Assembly (NCBI RefSeq): GCF_041679265.1 | Contig: NZ_JBGFSM010000008.1 | Coordinates: 124,877-188,876 of the forward strand | Reading direction: 5' to 3' | DNA from: Zunongwangia sp. H14 | GTDB taxonomy: Bacteria; Bacteroidota; Bacteroidia; Flavobacteriales; Flavobacteriaceae | Length of the DNA: 64,000 nt | Part shown: positions 1 to 9,662 of the stretch, in pieces | How positions within the stretch are numbered: position 1 is the first letter of the stretch | Layout of the letters: each line of letters opens with the position of its first letter | The notes under the pieces: generated by a model | The model's input: only the letters and a program-made list of their open reading frames with translations | Told to the model about the DNA's origin: nothing | Database searches by the model: none | Made by a program: the position numbers and the translations under genes

Positions 1-498
1 CATATGCAGATTGCGATTGCACAGGAGCTGGAGGAGGTGCCCAATTTTAGAAAATTTAGTTTTTATACCGCTTATGTGGAAGGTTGGGGGCTGTACAGTG
101 AATTATTACCTAAAGAAATAGGCTTTTATGAAGATCCTTATGCCGATTTCGGGCGGCTGGCCATGGAGCTTTGGCGAGCCTGCCGTTTAGTGGTAGATAC
201 CGGGATACATGCTAAAAAATGGACCCGGGAAGAAGGTATTGCCTATTATAAAGAAAATACTCCCAATGCTGAAAGCGATGCGGTAAAAATGGTAGAACGG
301 CATATTGTAATGCCGGGACAGGCTACTGCTTACAAGATAGGAATGAATAAAATTCTGCAATTAAGAGAAGATGCAGAAGCAGAATTAGGAGAGAATTTTA
401 ATCTGGGTGAATTTCATGATGTAGTTTTGCTGGACGGCGCTATACCGCTAAACGTCCTGGAAGAAAAAGTAGGGAAATGGATTACGTCTAAACAGTAA
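1..498 (+). CDS. DUF885 family protein, C-terminal fragment (gene begins upstream of the window)
   Basis: The ORF is open to the window edge. The C-terminal region carries motifs typical of DUF885 putative metallopeptidases (YTAYVEGWGLYSE, HIVMPGQATAYKIG). Confidence 0.5.
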   Translation, partial: HMQIAIAQELEEVPNFRKFSFYTAYVEGWGLYSELLPKEIGFYEDPYADFGRLAMELWRACRLVVDTGIHAKKWTREEGIAYYKENTPNAESDAVKMVERHIVMPGQATAYKIGMNKILQLREDAEAELGENFNLGEFHDVVLLDGAIPLNVLEEKVGKWITSKQ

Positions 499-509
499 AG
501 CCAAAGCTA

Positions 510-1508
510 TTGGATAAAATACAACAAAAAGACCTGAAGCTCGTCTGCCTTAAAAATGCAAATAAGACGGAGGTGAAAATTCTCAATTTTGGGGCCTCTC
601 TTTTTAGCATGAAAATTTTTGCTGCTTCAGGAAAAAAAGTTAATGTTATTGTTGCCCCAAAAATGCCGGAAGAAGTGCTAAGTGCCCGTTACAAAATTCA
701 AAATAAATGCTTTGGAGGAACAATAGGAAGATATGCCGGCCGTATAGCCGGTGGTAAATTTAGGCTGGACGGAGAAGATTTTTCACTTTTTCAGAGAAGC
801 GGAGTGCATCTAAATGGCGGCGAAAGTGGCTTCCAGTGTAAATTATGGAAGGTAGAAGAAGTAAAAGAAGGGAGCAATCCATCAGCCACGTTATCCTACT
901 TTAGTAGAGATGGGGAAGAAGGTTACCCCGGGAACCTTAAAGTTCTTGCAAACTTCACCCTTACTGAAGATGATGAGCTTAAAATACTTTATACGGCAGA
1001 AACAGATGTAAAAACCGTAGTAAATATTACCAATCACGCTTATTTCAATCTTAATGGTGAAGGCAGTGTAAGCGATCACTTTCTTTGTATTAATGCCGAT
1101 AAAATACTGGAAGTAGATGAAAAACAATTGCCCACAGGAAATCTGGTGAACCTTAGGGATAACCAGAAGAATTTTGAAAATAATAAGCTAATAGGTAACA
1201 GGCTGCTAGAAGATACCTTTGTTCTTAATAGTGATGAGGAAGAAATTTCTGCCCGTTTATTTGCGCCTTTAACAGGAATAAAGATGGAAATGAGGACCAA
1301 TCAGAGAGCAGTTGTTGCATATGTTCCAGAAGAACTTCCGGCAGATCTTGAGTATCAAACCAGGGTCGCCCCGGAATACCCTTCAATTTGCCTGAAAGCG
1401 CAAAATTTTCCGGATGCCCCAAATTTCCGGAACTTCCCATCCAGCATTCTTGAAGCCGGCGAGAAATACCAAAACCTTATTTCTTTTAAATTTTCTGTAA
1501 AAAGATAG
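510..1508 (+). CDS. galM: aldose 1-epimerase (galactose mutarotase)
   Basis: 332 aa ORF with mutarotase hallmarks (GVHLNGG, EGYPGNLKV, NITNHAYFNL). It starts 12 nt after the preceding gene and lies directly upstream of a sugar symporter in a gal locus. Confidence 0.7.
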   Translation: MDKIQQKDLKLVCLKNANKTEVKILNFGASLFSMKIFAASGKKVNVIVAPKMPEEVLSARYKIQNKCFGGTIGRYAGRIAGGKFRLDGEDFSLFQRSGVHLNGGESGFQCKLWKVEEVKEGSNPSATLSYFSRDGEEGYPGNLKVLANFTLTEDDELKILYTAETDVKTVVNITNHAYFNLNGEGSVSDHFLCINADKILEVDEKQLPTGNLVNLRDNQKNFENNKLIGNRLLEDTFVLNSDEEEISARLFAPLTGIKMEMRTNQRAVVAYVPEELPADLEYQTRVAPEYPSICLKAQNFPDAPNFRNFPSSILEAGEKYQNLISFKFSVKR

Positions 1509-1582
1509 ATATATATTATTTTAAACGTAAAAATTACGTTTTATAATTTTAAAGTTTATATTTAAAAAAATTTTACAATTAT

Positions 1583-3259
1583 ATGGAATTTGAATTACTC
1601 GACCAGATTGTTTTTGCGGCTTATGCTTTAATGATTATTGGAATAGGATGGTGGGTTTCGCGGGGAAAAGGGGAAACATCAGAAGATTATTTTCTTGCCA
1701 GTAAATCCTTGCCCTGGTGGGCTATTGGCGCATCGCTTATTGCTGCCAACATTTCGGCGGAACAATTTATAGGGATGTCCGGCTCCGGGTTTGCCATTGG
1801 GCTCGCTATTGCCTCTTATGAATGGATGGCGGCTGTAACGCTACTGGTAGTCGGGAAATTCTTCCTGCCCATTTTTATAGAAAAGAAACTCTATACTATT
1901 CCCGAATTTGTAGAAGTAAGGTATAGTAAGAACCTGAAGACCATACTTGCCGTCTTCTGGCTTTGCCTTTTTGTATTTGTGAACCTAACTTCTGTTCTTT
2001 ATTTAGGAGCTACAGCACTGGATACTATTATTGGTACCGGGGATGGTTCTATATTTATGGAATCTATTATTGGCCTGGCATTATTTGCAGCCGCGTATTC
2101 TCTTTACGGAGGGCTTTCTGCAGTGGCATGGACAGATGTGGTTCAGGTGGTACTGTTAATTGTTGGAGGGCTTATTACCACTTTTATTTCATTGTCCCAT
2201 GTTTCTGAAACAGGCGGAATAATTGATGGAATGGTAAGTGTTTATGAACAGGTGCCGGAGAAATTCTCCATGATTCTCGATAAAGGAGAAATAATTACTC
2301 CAAACGGAAAAGACGCCTGGTGGGATTTGCCGGGGCTTGCAGTACTTATTGGAGGAATGTGGGTGGCCAACTTATACTACTGGGGTTTTAACCAATATAT
2401 TATCCAACGTACGCTGGCGGCAAAAAGTTTAAAAGAATCTCAGAAAGGGATTGTACTGGCCGGATTTCTAAAGCTCCTGATTCCGCTTATTGTTGTAATT
2501 CCCGGGATTATTGCTTTTGTGATTAATACCGATGCCAGTGGCGAAATTGTAAGGGGGGTAACCGATGCCTCTTTCTTTAGCGGGACAGGAACGGTAATTA
2601 ACGATAATGCCTCCCCTTGGCTAATTAAGGAATTTGTACCTGTAGGCCTTAAAGGCCTGGTAGTGGCGGCACTCGCGGCAGCCATTGTCTCCTCCGTGGC
2701 CTCTATGTTAAATTCTACTGCCACCATTTTCACCATGGATATCTATAAACCGTTCTTTCAAAAGAATAAATCTGAGAAAGGTCTCGTTAATGTGGGAAGA
2801 ATTTCTGCCAGTTTAGCTTTAATCATTGCCATTGTTCTGGCGCCTCAGCTTAAAAGCCTTGGACAGGTATTCCAGTACATCCAGGAATATACCGGGGTGG
2901 TAAGTCCTGGAATTCTTGCAGTATTTATGCTTGGACTCTTTTGGAGAAAAACCACTAATAAAGCGGCTATTTGGGGAGTTTTAATTTCTATTCCTATCGC
3001 TCTTTACTTTAAGATTGGTCCTAATGGCTGGATAGAATCTCCTTTCTTTATTACCTGGCCTTTTATGCACCAGATGATGGCTACCTGGATTCTTACCATG
3101 CTGGTGATGGTTCTTATAAGTTATGCTGAAGCAAAAGGCAGGAATCATGAAAAATCTATTGTTTTCTCAAAAAATTTATTTAAAACAGAGCCTGTCTTTA
3201 ATATTTGCAGTTTTGCAATATTGCTCATTGTAGCCATGCTGTATGCAATGTTCTGGTAA
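1583..3259 (+). CDS. sodium:solute symporter family (SGLT-like) sugar transporter
   Basis: 558 aa polytopic membrane ORF with SSF-family signatures (WWAIGASLIAANISAEQFIGMSG, GGLSAVAWTDVVQ). It sits within the galactose locus. Confidence 0.8.
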   Translation: MEFELLDQIVFAAYALMIIGIGWWVSRGKGETSEDYFLASKSLPWWAIGASLIAANISAEQFIGMSGSGFAIGLAIASYEWMAAVTLLVVGKFFLPIFIEKKLYTIPEFVEVRYSKNLKTILAVFWLCLFVFVNLTSVLYLGATALDTIIGTGDGSIFMESIIGLALFAAAYSLYGGLSAVAWTDVVQVVLLIVGGLITTFISLSHVSETGGIIDGMVSVYEQVPEKFSMILDKGEIITPNGKDAWWDLPGLAVLIGGMWVANLYYWGFNQYIIQRTLAAKSLKESQKGIVLAGFLKLLIPLIVVIPGIIAFVINTDASGEIVRGVTDASFFSGTGTVINDNASPWLIKEFVPVGLKGLVVAALAAAIVSSVASMLNSTATIFTMDIYKPFFQKNKSEKGLVNVGRISASLALIIAIVLAPQLKSLGQVFQYIQEYTGVVSPGILAVFMLGLFWRKTTNKAAIWGVLISIPIALYFKIGPNGWIESPFFITWPFMHQMMATWILTMLVMVLISYAEAKGRNHEKSIVFSKNLFKTEPVFNICSFAILLIVAMLYAMFW

Positions 3260-3280
3260 GGGAAAAATTCTGATATAAAA

Positions 3281-3320
3281 AAAGCTGCCCACGGAAAGTC
3301 CATGGGCAGCTTTTTATTTC
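3281..3320. terminator. bidirectional rho-independent terminator between convergent genes
   Basis: aaaaaAGCTGCCCAcggaaagtccaTGGGCAGCTttttatttc: a GC-rich inverted repeat flanked by an A-run and a T-run. Confidence 0.6.
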
Positions 3321-3352
3321 TAAAGCTTCCGGAAATCCAAAAGCTTTCTATT

Positions 3353-4099
3353 CTATTGTTCCTGTTCGGTGGGCATAATGTAAACATCATTAATATTTGC
3401 CCTGGCAGGTTGTGATAATGCATAATAAATAGATTCTGCAATATCTTCGGCCTGTAAAGGAGTTAGATTCTCCAATTGGGAAACAAAACCTTCTTTAATC
3501 TCCTCGTCGGTGATGGTATCGGTTAATTCGGTTTCCACCGCTCCCGGTTCAATAGAGGTTGCTTTAATTCCAAAATTTGGCGCCAGTTCCATACGCAAAC
3601 CTTCAGTAAACATTTTTACAGCAGATTTGGTTGCACAATAAACTGCGCCTCCCGGATAATTTTTTCTTCCTGCACTGGAAGAAATATTTATAATATGACC
3701 AGATTTCTGTTCCATCATGGTTGGCAATACCGCAGCAACCCCATTCAGCACACCCTTAATATTCACATCTACCATGGTGTCCCATTCATCTGTATGCAGA
3801 TTCTTCACATAAGATAAAGGCATAAGTCCTGCATTATTAATAATGGCATCTATACTGCCAAATTCTTCTTTGGTACGGGATGCTATTTTTTTAAAATCAT
3901 CCTTTTTAGTAACATCTGCGGGTACCACTAAAGCATTACCGCCATTTTTTTCAATTTTTTCCTTTAGGGTCTTCAAACGATCTTCCCTTCTTGCGCTCAA
4001 TACTACATTTGCACCCGCTTTTGAAAGCCGCATTGCTGTCGCTTCCCCAATTCCGCTTGATGCTCCTGTAATAATTACTGTTTTTCCTTTCATTTCCAT
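3353..4099 (-). CDS. SDR-family short-chain dehydrogenase/reductase
   Basis: TGASSGIGEA Rossmann motif and a YxxxK region (AVYCATKSAVKMF). I chose the start at MEMKGKTVIITG (4099) rather than the longer ORF from 4213, which adds a non-SDR N-terminal extension. Confidence 0.8.
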   Translation of the reverse strand: MEMKGKTVIITGASSGIGEATAMRLSKAGANVVLSARREDRLKTLKEKIEKNGGNALVVPADVTKKDDFKKIASRTKEEFGSIDAIINNAGLMPLSYVKNLHTDEWDTMVDVNIKGVLNGVAAVLPTMMEQKSGHIINISSSAGRKNYPGGAVYCATKSAVKMFTEGLRMELAPNFGIKATSIEPGAVETELTDTITDEEIKEGFVSQLENLTPLQAEDIAESIYYALSQPARANINDVYIMPTEQEQ

Positions 4100-4256
4100 A
4101 AGTTTTTTTTGAAAAATAGCTTTAAGTAGTGCCGCTGCCAAATTAGAGCACACCTTTAGCGATGTTTTAACTGGACTTAAGCCTAAATTGTTAAAGAATT
4201 TGCGGATTGGCAAAAAAATGACCCCTGCAGACAGTAGTTAACCTAATAATCATTCT

Positions 4257-5315
4257 CTAGACTTTGCCGGAAAATTTTGGGACGGGAGGATGGGTGGATT
4301 CTCTGTGAATAATTACGGTTTCCAGCACATGGTGTACGGGCTCCAGATACTCTTCTAATGCTGTAGGACTATCCTGGTCTTTCTGCAACCTCGTTATTAA
4401 AGTTTCTACAGCCATCTTTCCCTGTTCTTCGGCATGTTGGTTTACGGTACTTAGGGAGGGTAAAAAATGTTCTCCCATAAAACCATTGGTAAATCCAATT
4501 ACAGAAATATCTTCCGGAATTTTATAACCTTTTTTTATAGCCGTGCGCATACTTAAAATAGCAGAGAGTTCATCTGCCGCCAGGATGCCATCTACAGATT
4601 TTTCAGCAAGAACGGGTAAGAGTTTTTCTTCAAAAGCCTCATTCTCGTTTATATGAAGAACATAGGGTTGTGCCCTGCATTTTGCCCGGGATAAGGCATA
4701 TCCGTTTTGCCTCTGTAAGTCTACGCTGGTATCAAAAATGGTAGAAAGATAAATAATGTTCCTGCAGCCACTTCTATGCATTTCATCGGTTGCTTTTTCT
4801 GCTATTTTTTTATCATCTATGGAAATGCTGTCGCAGGAAATTTTATGAGTAATCCTGTCAAATAGCACCAGGGGAATCCCATAATCAATGATACGATTTA
4901 AGTGTTCCAGTTGTTGTGTTTGCTGTGTTTCTTTTGCAAGGGAGAGAATAATACCATCTACCCTGCCATTAAGAAAAGTTCTCAGGCTTTCTGCCTCTTT
5001 CCTGGTAGATTCATTAGAAATACAGATAATAATTTTATAGCCCGCTTTTGCCGCGGTAGATTCAATGCCATAAAGCGCTTTCGTGAAAAAGGAGGGAAGT
5101 ATATTGGGAATAATTACGCCAATGGTTTTGGTTTTATTGGCTTTAAGGCTCTGGGCCATTCCATTGGGGACATAATTGTTTAAAATGGCAAACTGTTTTA
5201 CGCGACTTCTGGTTTGGGCACTTATTTCAGGACTGTCATTAAGGGATTTTGAAACCGTGGAAACGGATAAATTAAGCAGTCCGGCCAATTTCTTTAAAGT
5301 CACTTTTTGCTCCAT
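4257..5315 (-). CDS. LacI-family transcriptional regulator (GalR-like)
   Basis: N-terminal HTH (VTLKKLAGLLNLSVSTVSKSLN) plus a periplasmic-binding-protein-like sugar-binding core. It lies immediately upstream of galT-galK on the same strand. Confidence 0.8.
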   Translation of the reverse strand: MEQKVTLKKLAGLLNLSVSTVSKSLNDSPEISAQTRSRVKQFAILNNYVPNGMAQSLKANKTKTIGVIIPNILPSFFTKALYGIESTAAKAGYKIIICISNESTRKEAESLRTFLNGRVDGIILSLAKETQQTQQLEHLNRIIDYGIPLVLFDRITHKISCDSISIDDKKIAEKATDEMHRSGCRNIIYLSTIFDTSVDLQRQNGYALSRAKCRAQPYVLHINENEAFEEKLLPVLAEKSVDGILAADELSAILSMRTAIKKGYKIPEDISVIGFTNGFMGEHFLPSLSTVNQHAEEQGKMAVETLITRLQKDQDSPTALEEYLEPVHHVLETVIIHRESTHPPVPKFSGKV

Positions 5316-5318
5316 AGC

Positions 5319-6359
5319 TTATTGTTTTAAGTAATGTTGCCCCGGAAGTTGCTTTAGGGTTTCCGCAGCCATCTCTGCAGTAATATCCCTTTGGGGTCCT
5401 GCAAACATCTCGTAGCCTACCATAAATTTTTTCACTGTAGCCGATCGTAATAAAGGCGGGTAAAAAGACATGTGAAAATGCCATTCAGGATAATCTGTAC
5501 CATCTGTAGGGGCCTGATGGATTCCCGAAGAATAGGGGAAAGAAGTCTCAAAAAGATTATCATACATCACGGTTAGCCTTTTAATACTATCGGCAAAAGC
5601 TTCTTCTTCATCTTTGCTCAGCTCATTTATGTTCTGGTGCTGTTCCCTTGGAATAATCATGGCTTCATAAGGCCATACTGCCCAATAAGGAACCAACGTT
5701 ACAAAATACTCATTTTCAGATAGAATGCGCTTGTTTATTTCCAGTTCCTGTGTTAAATAATCGCTAAGAATGCTTCGCTTATTTTTCTGCCAATATTCTT
5801 TAAAATGATGTGACTTCTTTTTAATTTCAGTAGGGATAGAAGACTGGGACCAAATTTGCCCATGTGGATGGGGATTGCTGCAGCCCATGGCTTCACCCTT
5901 ATTTTCAAAAATCTGCACATAATTAATGTTGTCCCTGCTGCCCAGTTCCCGGAATTCTTTTTTCCACATTTTCACCACTTTAGCGATCTCCCCGCGCTCC
6001 ATAAGTGGCAGCGTGAGCGAGTGATTTGGCGAAAAGCAGACCACTTTGCAGATCCCTTTTTCAGCTTCAGCTTTTAATAAGCCGTTCCTTAGCTCTTCTC
6101 GAGGAGTATCAGGAAGTAAAGCCGAAAAATCGTTTACAAAAGAATAAGGCTCGGTGTACTGGGGATTGGTTTCCCCACTGGCACGGGTGTTACCGGGGCA
6201 GAGATAACAGGATGCATTATATGGAGGCCTGGCTTCCGGAAAATTTTTCTCGGTCTTTCCCTGCCATGGCCTTTTGGTGCGGTGTGGCGAGACCAGAATC
6301 CATTCGCCTGTAAGTATATTATATCTTCTATGCGGAATATTATTTAGTTTGTTGCTCAT
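5319..6359 (-). CDS. galT: galactose-1-phosphate uridylyltransferase
   Basis: CYLCPGN zinc motif and the HPHGQIW active-site histidine motif. 346 aa, adjacent to galK. Confidence 0.9.
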   Translation of the reverse strand: MSNKLNNIPHRRYNILTGEWILVSPHRTKRPWQGKTEKNFPEARPPYNASCYLCPGNTRASGETNPQYTEPYSFVNDFSALLPDTPREELRNGLLKAEAEKGICKVVCFSPNHSLTLPLMERGEIAKVVKMWKKEFRELGSRDNINYVQIFENKGEAMGCSNPHPHGQIWSQSSIPTEIKKKSHHFKEYWQKNKRSILSDYLTQELEINKRILSENEYFVTLVPYWAVWPYEAMIIPREQHQNINELSKDEEEAFADSIKRLTVMYDNLFETSFPYSSGIHQAPTDGTDYPEWHFHMSFYPPLLRSATVKKFMVGYEMFAGPQRDITAEMAAETLKQLPGQHYLKQ

Positions 6360-6378
6360 TTTCAGTATTTTTTCAGAA

Positions 6379-7548
6379 TTAATCTATTACCGTTCCTTCA
6401 CCTGGAGAAACGGAGATCATATCCATTTTAATGTCAAATTTCTTAAAGTAAGCTTCAGAAATTTCCTTAATATAATCCTCAATTTTATCTGCTTCAATTA
6501 AATTGATGGTACAGCCGCCAAAGCCGCCGCCCATCATACGGGAGCCATAAATAAAATCTTTGTCTTCAGAAAAATCCACCATAAAATCAAGTTCCGGGCA
6601 ACTTACTTCATAATGATGCTGAAGGCCCCGGTGAGATTGGTACATCAACTCCCCAAACTTTTTCAGTTCCCCTTTTTTCATTGCTTCGGAAGCTTTTTGA
6701 ACTCTTTCATTTTCATTTAGAACATACAGGCAACGTTGATAAGTTTTTTCAGAAAGCTCTTTTTTAAACTCTTGCAGCATCTCAAAACTTACTTCCCTAA
6801 GGGAAGAAACTTCAGCATATTTCTGCCGGATTTTCTCCACGGCATCCTCACATTCCGCCCGGCGGGTGTTGTACTCGCTATCGGCAAGGCTGTGGGAAAC
6901 ATTGGTGTTCAGCAGTAATAGTTTGCAATTTTTAAAGTCGGCAGGAATAAATTCTGTTTCCAGGGTTTTACAATCCAGCAGGATAATATGCTCCTTTTTG
7001 CTCATAACAGAAGCAAACTGGTCCATAATCCCGCAGTTCGAGCCCACAAAATTATTTTCAGCCCTTTGTGAAAGCTCCACAATCTCCTGTTTGGACAAAT
7101 TCAAATCAAACAGCTTATTTAAACCGGCAGCAAAACCACATTCAAGTGCAGCAGAAGAACTAATTCCCGCACCAATGGGCAGTTCGCTTTTAATAATACA
7201 GTCAAAACCCTGCAGTTTTTTATCCAGTTTTTGAATTTCATCAATGACGCCCAGTAGATAATTTTTCCAGGAATCTTCCTGTTTAGAAATTTCATTCAGT
7301 GAGAATTCATAGTAGCTATCAAATGTTTTGCTATAAATCCTGCAGTTTTCGGGAGATTCGTTCTTTTTGAAATCAAAAAATATCTTTTTGTCAATAGCAG
7401 TGGGCATCACAAAACCATTATTATAATCTGTATGTTCGCCAATAAGGTTAATCCGGCCGGGAGAAGAGACTTTTACTTCGGCCTGAAAATCTTTAAGTTT
7501 TTTGGAAAGGGTCATGTAATTTTTTTCAGGATGGATTATTAATTTCAA
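6379..7548 (-). CDS. galK: galactokinase
   Basis: Galactokinase signature PGRINLIGEHTDYNNG and the GHMP kinase motif (PIGAGISSSAA). Confidence 0.9.
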   Translation of the reverse strand: MKLIIHPEKNYMTLSKKLKDFQAEVKVSSPGRINLIGEHTDYNNGFVMPTAIDKKIFFDFKKNESPENCRIYSKTFDSYYEFSLNEISKQEDSWKNYLLGVIDEIQKLDKKLQGFDCIIKSELPIGAGISSSAALECGFAAGLNKLFDLNLSKQEIVELSQRAENNFVGSNCGIMDQFASVMSKKEHIILLDCKTLETEFIPADFKNCKLLLLNTNVSHSLADSEYNTRRAECEDAVEKIRQKYAEVSSLREVSFEMLQEFKKELSEKTYQRCLYVLNENERVQKASEAMKKGELKKFGELMYQSHRGLQHHYEVSCPELDFMVDFSEDKDFIYGSRMMGGGFGGCTINLIEADKIEDYIKEISEAYFKKFDIKMDMISVSPGEGTVID

Positions 7549-7631
7549 ATATAATAAATGTAAAAAATACGCTCATTCTAATTTTGAAATATTTCTATAT
7601 CTTTAGAAGATATCAGGATTAATTTTAATAA

Positions 7632-8336
7632 ATGACAGAAACTATAGCAGATCTTTACAGGATTAAGGATAAATTCTACGCGGCAGCAGACTGTATTATT
7701 TTTGGTTTTGAAGGCGGCAGGATTAAATTGCTGCTTTTTCGACGGAGAGTGGAACCTTTAAAAGGGGAGTGGTCCCTTATTGGAAGTTTTATAAGATTAG
7801 AGGAAGATGTTTCTGAAGCAGCAAAAAGGGTGCTTAAAGAGATTACCGGCCTGGAAAATGTGTTTATGGAACAACTGAAGGCTTATGGTAAAGCCAACAG
7901 GGATCCGGGTTTCAGGTGTTTGTCTATAGCCCAATATGCATTGATACGTATAAATGATTATGATGAGGAACTGGTTGAAAAGCATGGTGCCCACTGGTTT
8001 GATATAAATGAAGTGCCAGATTTGGTTTTAGATCATAACCAGATGGTGGCAGATGCTTTGGAGCGTTTAAAACAAAAAGCCAGGTACCAGCCAATTGGAT
8101 TTGAACTTTTGCCTGAGAAATTCACCATTCCGCAATTACAGCAACTTTATGAAGCAATTTACCGGCGGGAACTGGATTCCCGTAATTTCCGGAAAAAACT
8201 ACTTTCACTAAATGTTTTGATTAAGCTGGATGAGAAGGATAAAGCTGGTTCTAAAAGAGGTGCGTTTTTATACAAATTCGATCACGAAAATTATCAAAAA
8301 TTGTTGAAATCCGGCTATAACTTTGAAATTGCATAG
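7632..8336 (+). CDS. NUDIX-domain transcriptional regulator (NrtR-like: NUDIX fold plus C-terminal winged helix)
   Basis: The N-terminal NUDIX fold (GEWSLIGSFIRLEEDVSEAAKRVLKEITG) has a degenerate Nudix box. The C-terminal ~90 aa are helical and DNA-binding-like. It is divergent from galK and upstream of a sugar isomerase. Confidence 0.55.
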   Translation: MTETIADLYRIKDKFYAAADCIIFGFEGGRIKLLLFRRRVEPLKGEWSLIGSFIRLEEDVSEAAKRVLKEITGLENVFMEQLKAYGKANRDPGFRCLSIAQYALIRINDYDEELVEKHGAHWFDINEVPDLVLDHNQMVADALERLKQKARYQPIGFELLPEKFTIPQLQQLYEAIYRRELDSRNFRKKLLSLNVLIKLDEKDKAGSKRGAFLYKFDHENYQKLLKSGYNFEIA

Positions 8337-8380
8337 GCAGAGCTAACTTTACCACCTTTTGCATCATAATTAAGAATTCC

Positions 8381-9268
8381 ATGAAAAATAAATTAAACCG
8401 AAGACAGGCAATTAAGAATCTCGCCCTTGGATCTGGAGCATTGAGTCTTGGAGGTTTTTCCTTTGCCTCTGCACAGGATACAGAAAGTGAAAATTTAGAA
8501 AAATTAAAAGGGAATGTAAATCATTCTGCCTGCCGCTGGTGTTATAATGATATTCCTTTGGAACAGTTTGCGAGGGATTCGGCAGAACTGGGCTTAAAGG
8601 GAATCGATCTTTTAAAACCTTCAGAATGGGATACTGTTGAAAAATATGGCCTGGAATGCTCCATGGCTACAGATGATTTTGCCAATATTGAACATGGCTT
8701 TAATAATCCCGATAATCATAAAAAATTACAGTCGGCTTATAAACCTCTAATTGATAAAGCTTCGGAGCATGGGATTAAGAACGTGATATGTTTTTCAGGA
8801 AATAAAAGGCAGCTGAGCAAAGCCGAAGGTTTGGAAAATTGTGCTGTTGGCCTTACTCCTTTGTTAAAATACGCCAGCGATAAAAATGTAAACCTGGTGA
8901 TGGAACTGCTGAACAGTAAGGTGAACCATCCCGATTATCAATGTGACCACACCAAATGGGGGGCGGAACTTTGCGAAAAGATGGGGATGGACAATTTTAA
9001 GCTGCTTTATGATATTTATCACATGCAGATTATGGAAGGAGATGTGATAAGGACCATTACAGATAATCATCAATATATTAATCATTATCATACCGGCGGG
9101 GTGCCGGGCCGGCACGAAATAAATGATTCCCAGGAATTAAATTATCCTGCCATTGTTAAAGCCATTCTGGGAACAGGTTTTAATGGGTTTATAGCGCAAG
9201 AATTTGTGCCCACATATAATGATAAAATCGCTGCGCTTAAAGAAGGGGTGATGATTTGTGATGTATAA
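8381..9268 (+). CDS. Tat-signal sugar phosphate isomerase/epimerase (xylose-isomerase-like TIM barrel)
   Basis: Twin-arginine signal (NRRQAIKNLALGSGALSLGG) followed by a TIM-barrel AP-endonuclease-2/xylose-isomerase-like fold (HYHTGGVPGRHEIND). Confidence 0.6.
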   Translation: MKNKLNRRQAIKNLALGSGALSLGGFSFASAQDTESENLEKLKGNVNHSACRWCYNDIPLEQFARDSAELGLKGIDLLKPSEWDTVEKYGLECSMATDDFANIEHGFNNPDNHKKLQSAYKPLIDKASEHGIKNVICFSGNKRQLSKAEGLENCAVGLTPLLKYASDKNVNLVMELLNSKVNHPDYQCDHTKWGAELCEKMGMDNFKLLYDIYHMQIMEGDVIRTITDNHQYINHYHTGGVPGRHEINDSQELNYPAIVKAILGTGFNGFIAQEFVPTYNDKIAALKEGVMICDV

Positions 9269-9662
9269 TGTTAAATCCTGCAGTAGGCTATACTTTATAA
9301 TTCTTATGATGAAATTTTAAAAGTTGCCCTCCCTATAATTCGAATTCCTGCCGAGTGGTAGTTCATTTTCAATCCATTTTTTTACATTTTCTGCCTTAAA
9401 CATTGTTTTTACCCCAATTATATCTCCGTAGAAATAACAATAGAAGGTTAATAATCTATCTTTTTTCAATGTTCTGGTTTTTATCTAAAAACAGGTGATT
9501 TCCCCTATAGACCATTCGTTTTTCTTATGTTAAATTTAGGCTCCTCCTTTATGCAGTGTTGCAGGATAAATTATCTGCAATATTCCTAAAGCCATTTCTC
9601 CCCTTCATTTTCAATCATTTCACTTTGGTCGAATATTCTATGTTTCACCTAAATAAATATTT

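Noticed and set aside
3353-4213. Longer 286-aa version of the SDR gene
   Set aside because: The 38-aa N-terminal extension precedes the Rossmann motif and overlaps the terminator region. The internal ATG at 4099 gives a canonical SDR length.
9269-9662. Possible small gene or RNA in the 394-bp gap upstream of the lipoprotein-esterase
   Set aside because: No ORF of 60 aa or more, and no convincing hairpin or tRNA-like structure was recognised by eye. It is left as an unexplained long 5' region, mentioned under the esterase finding.
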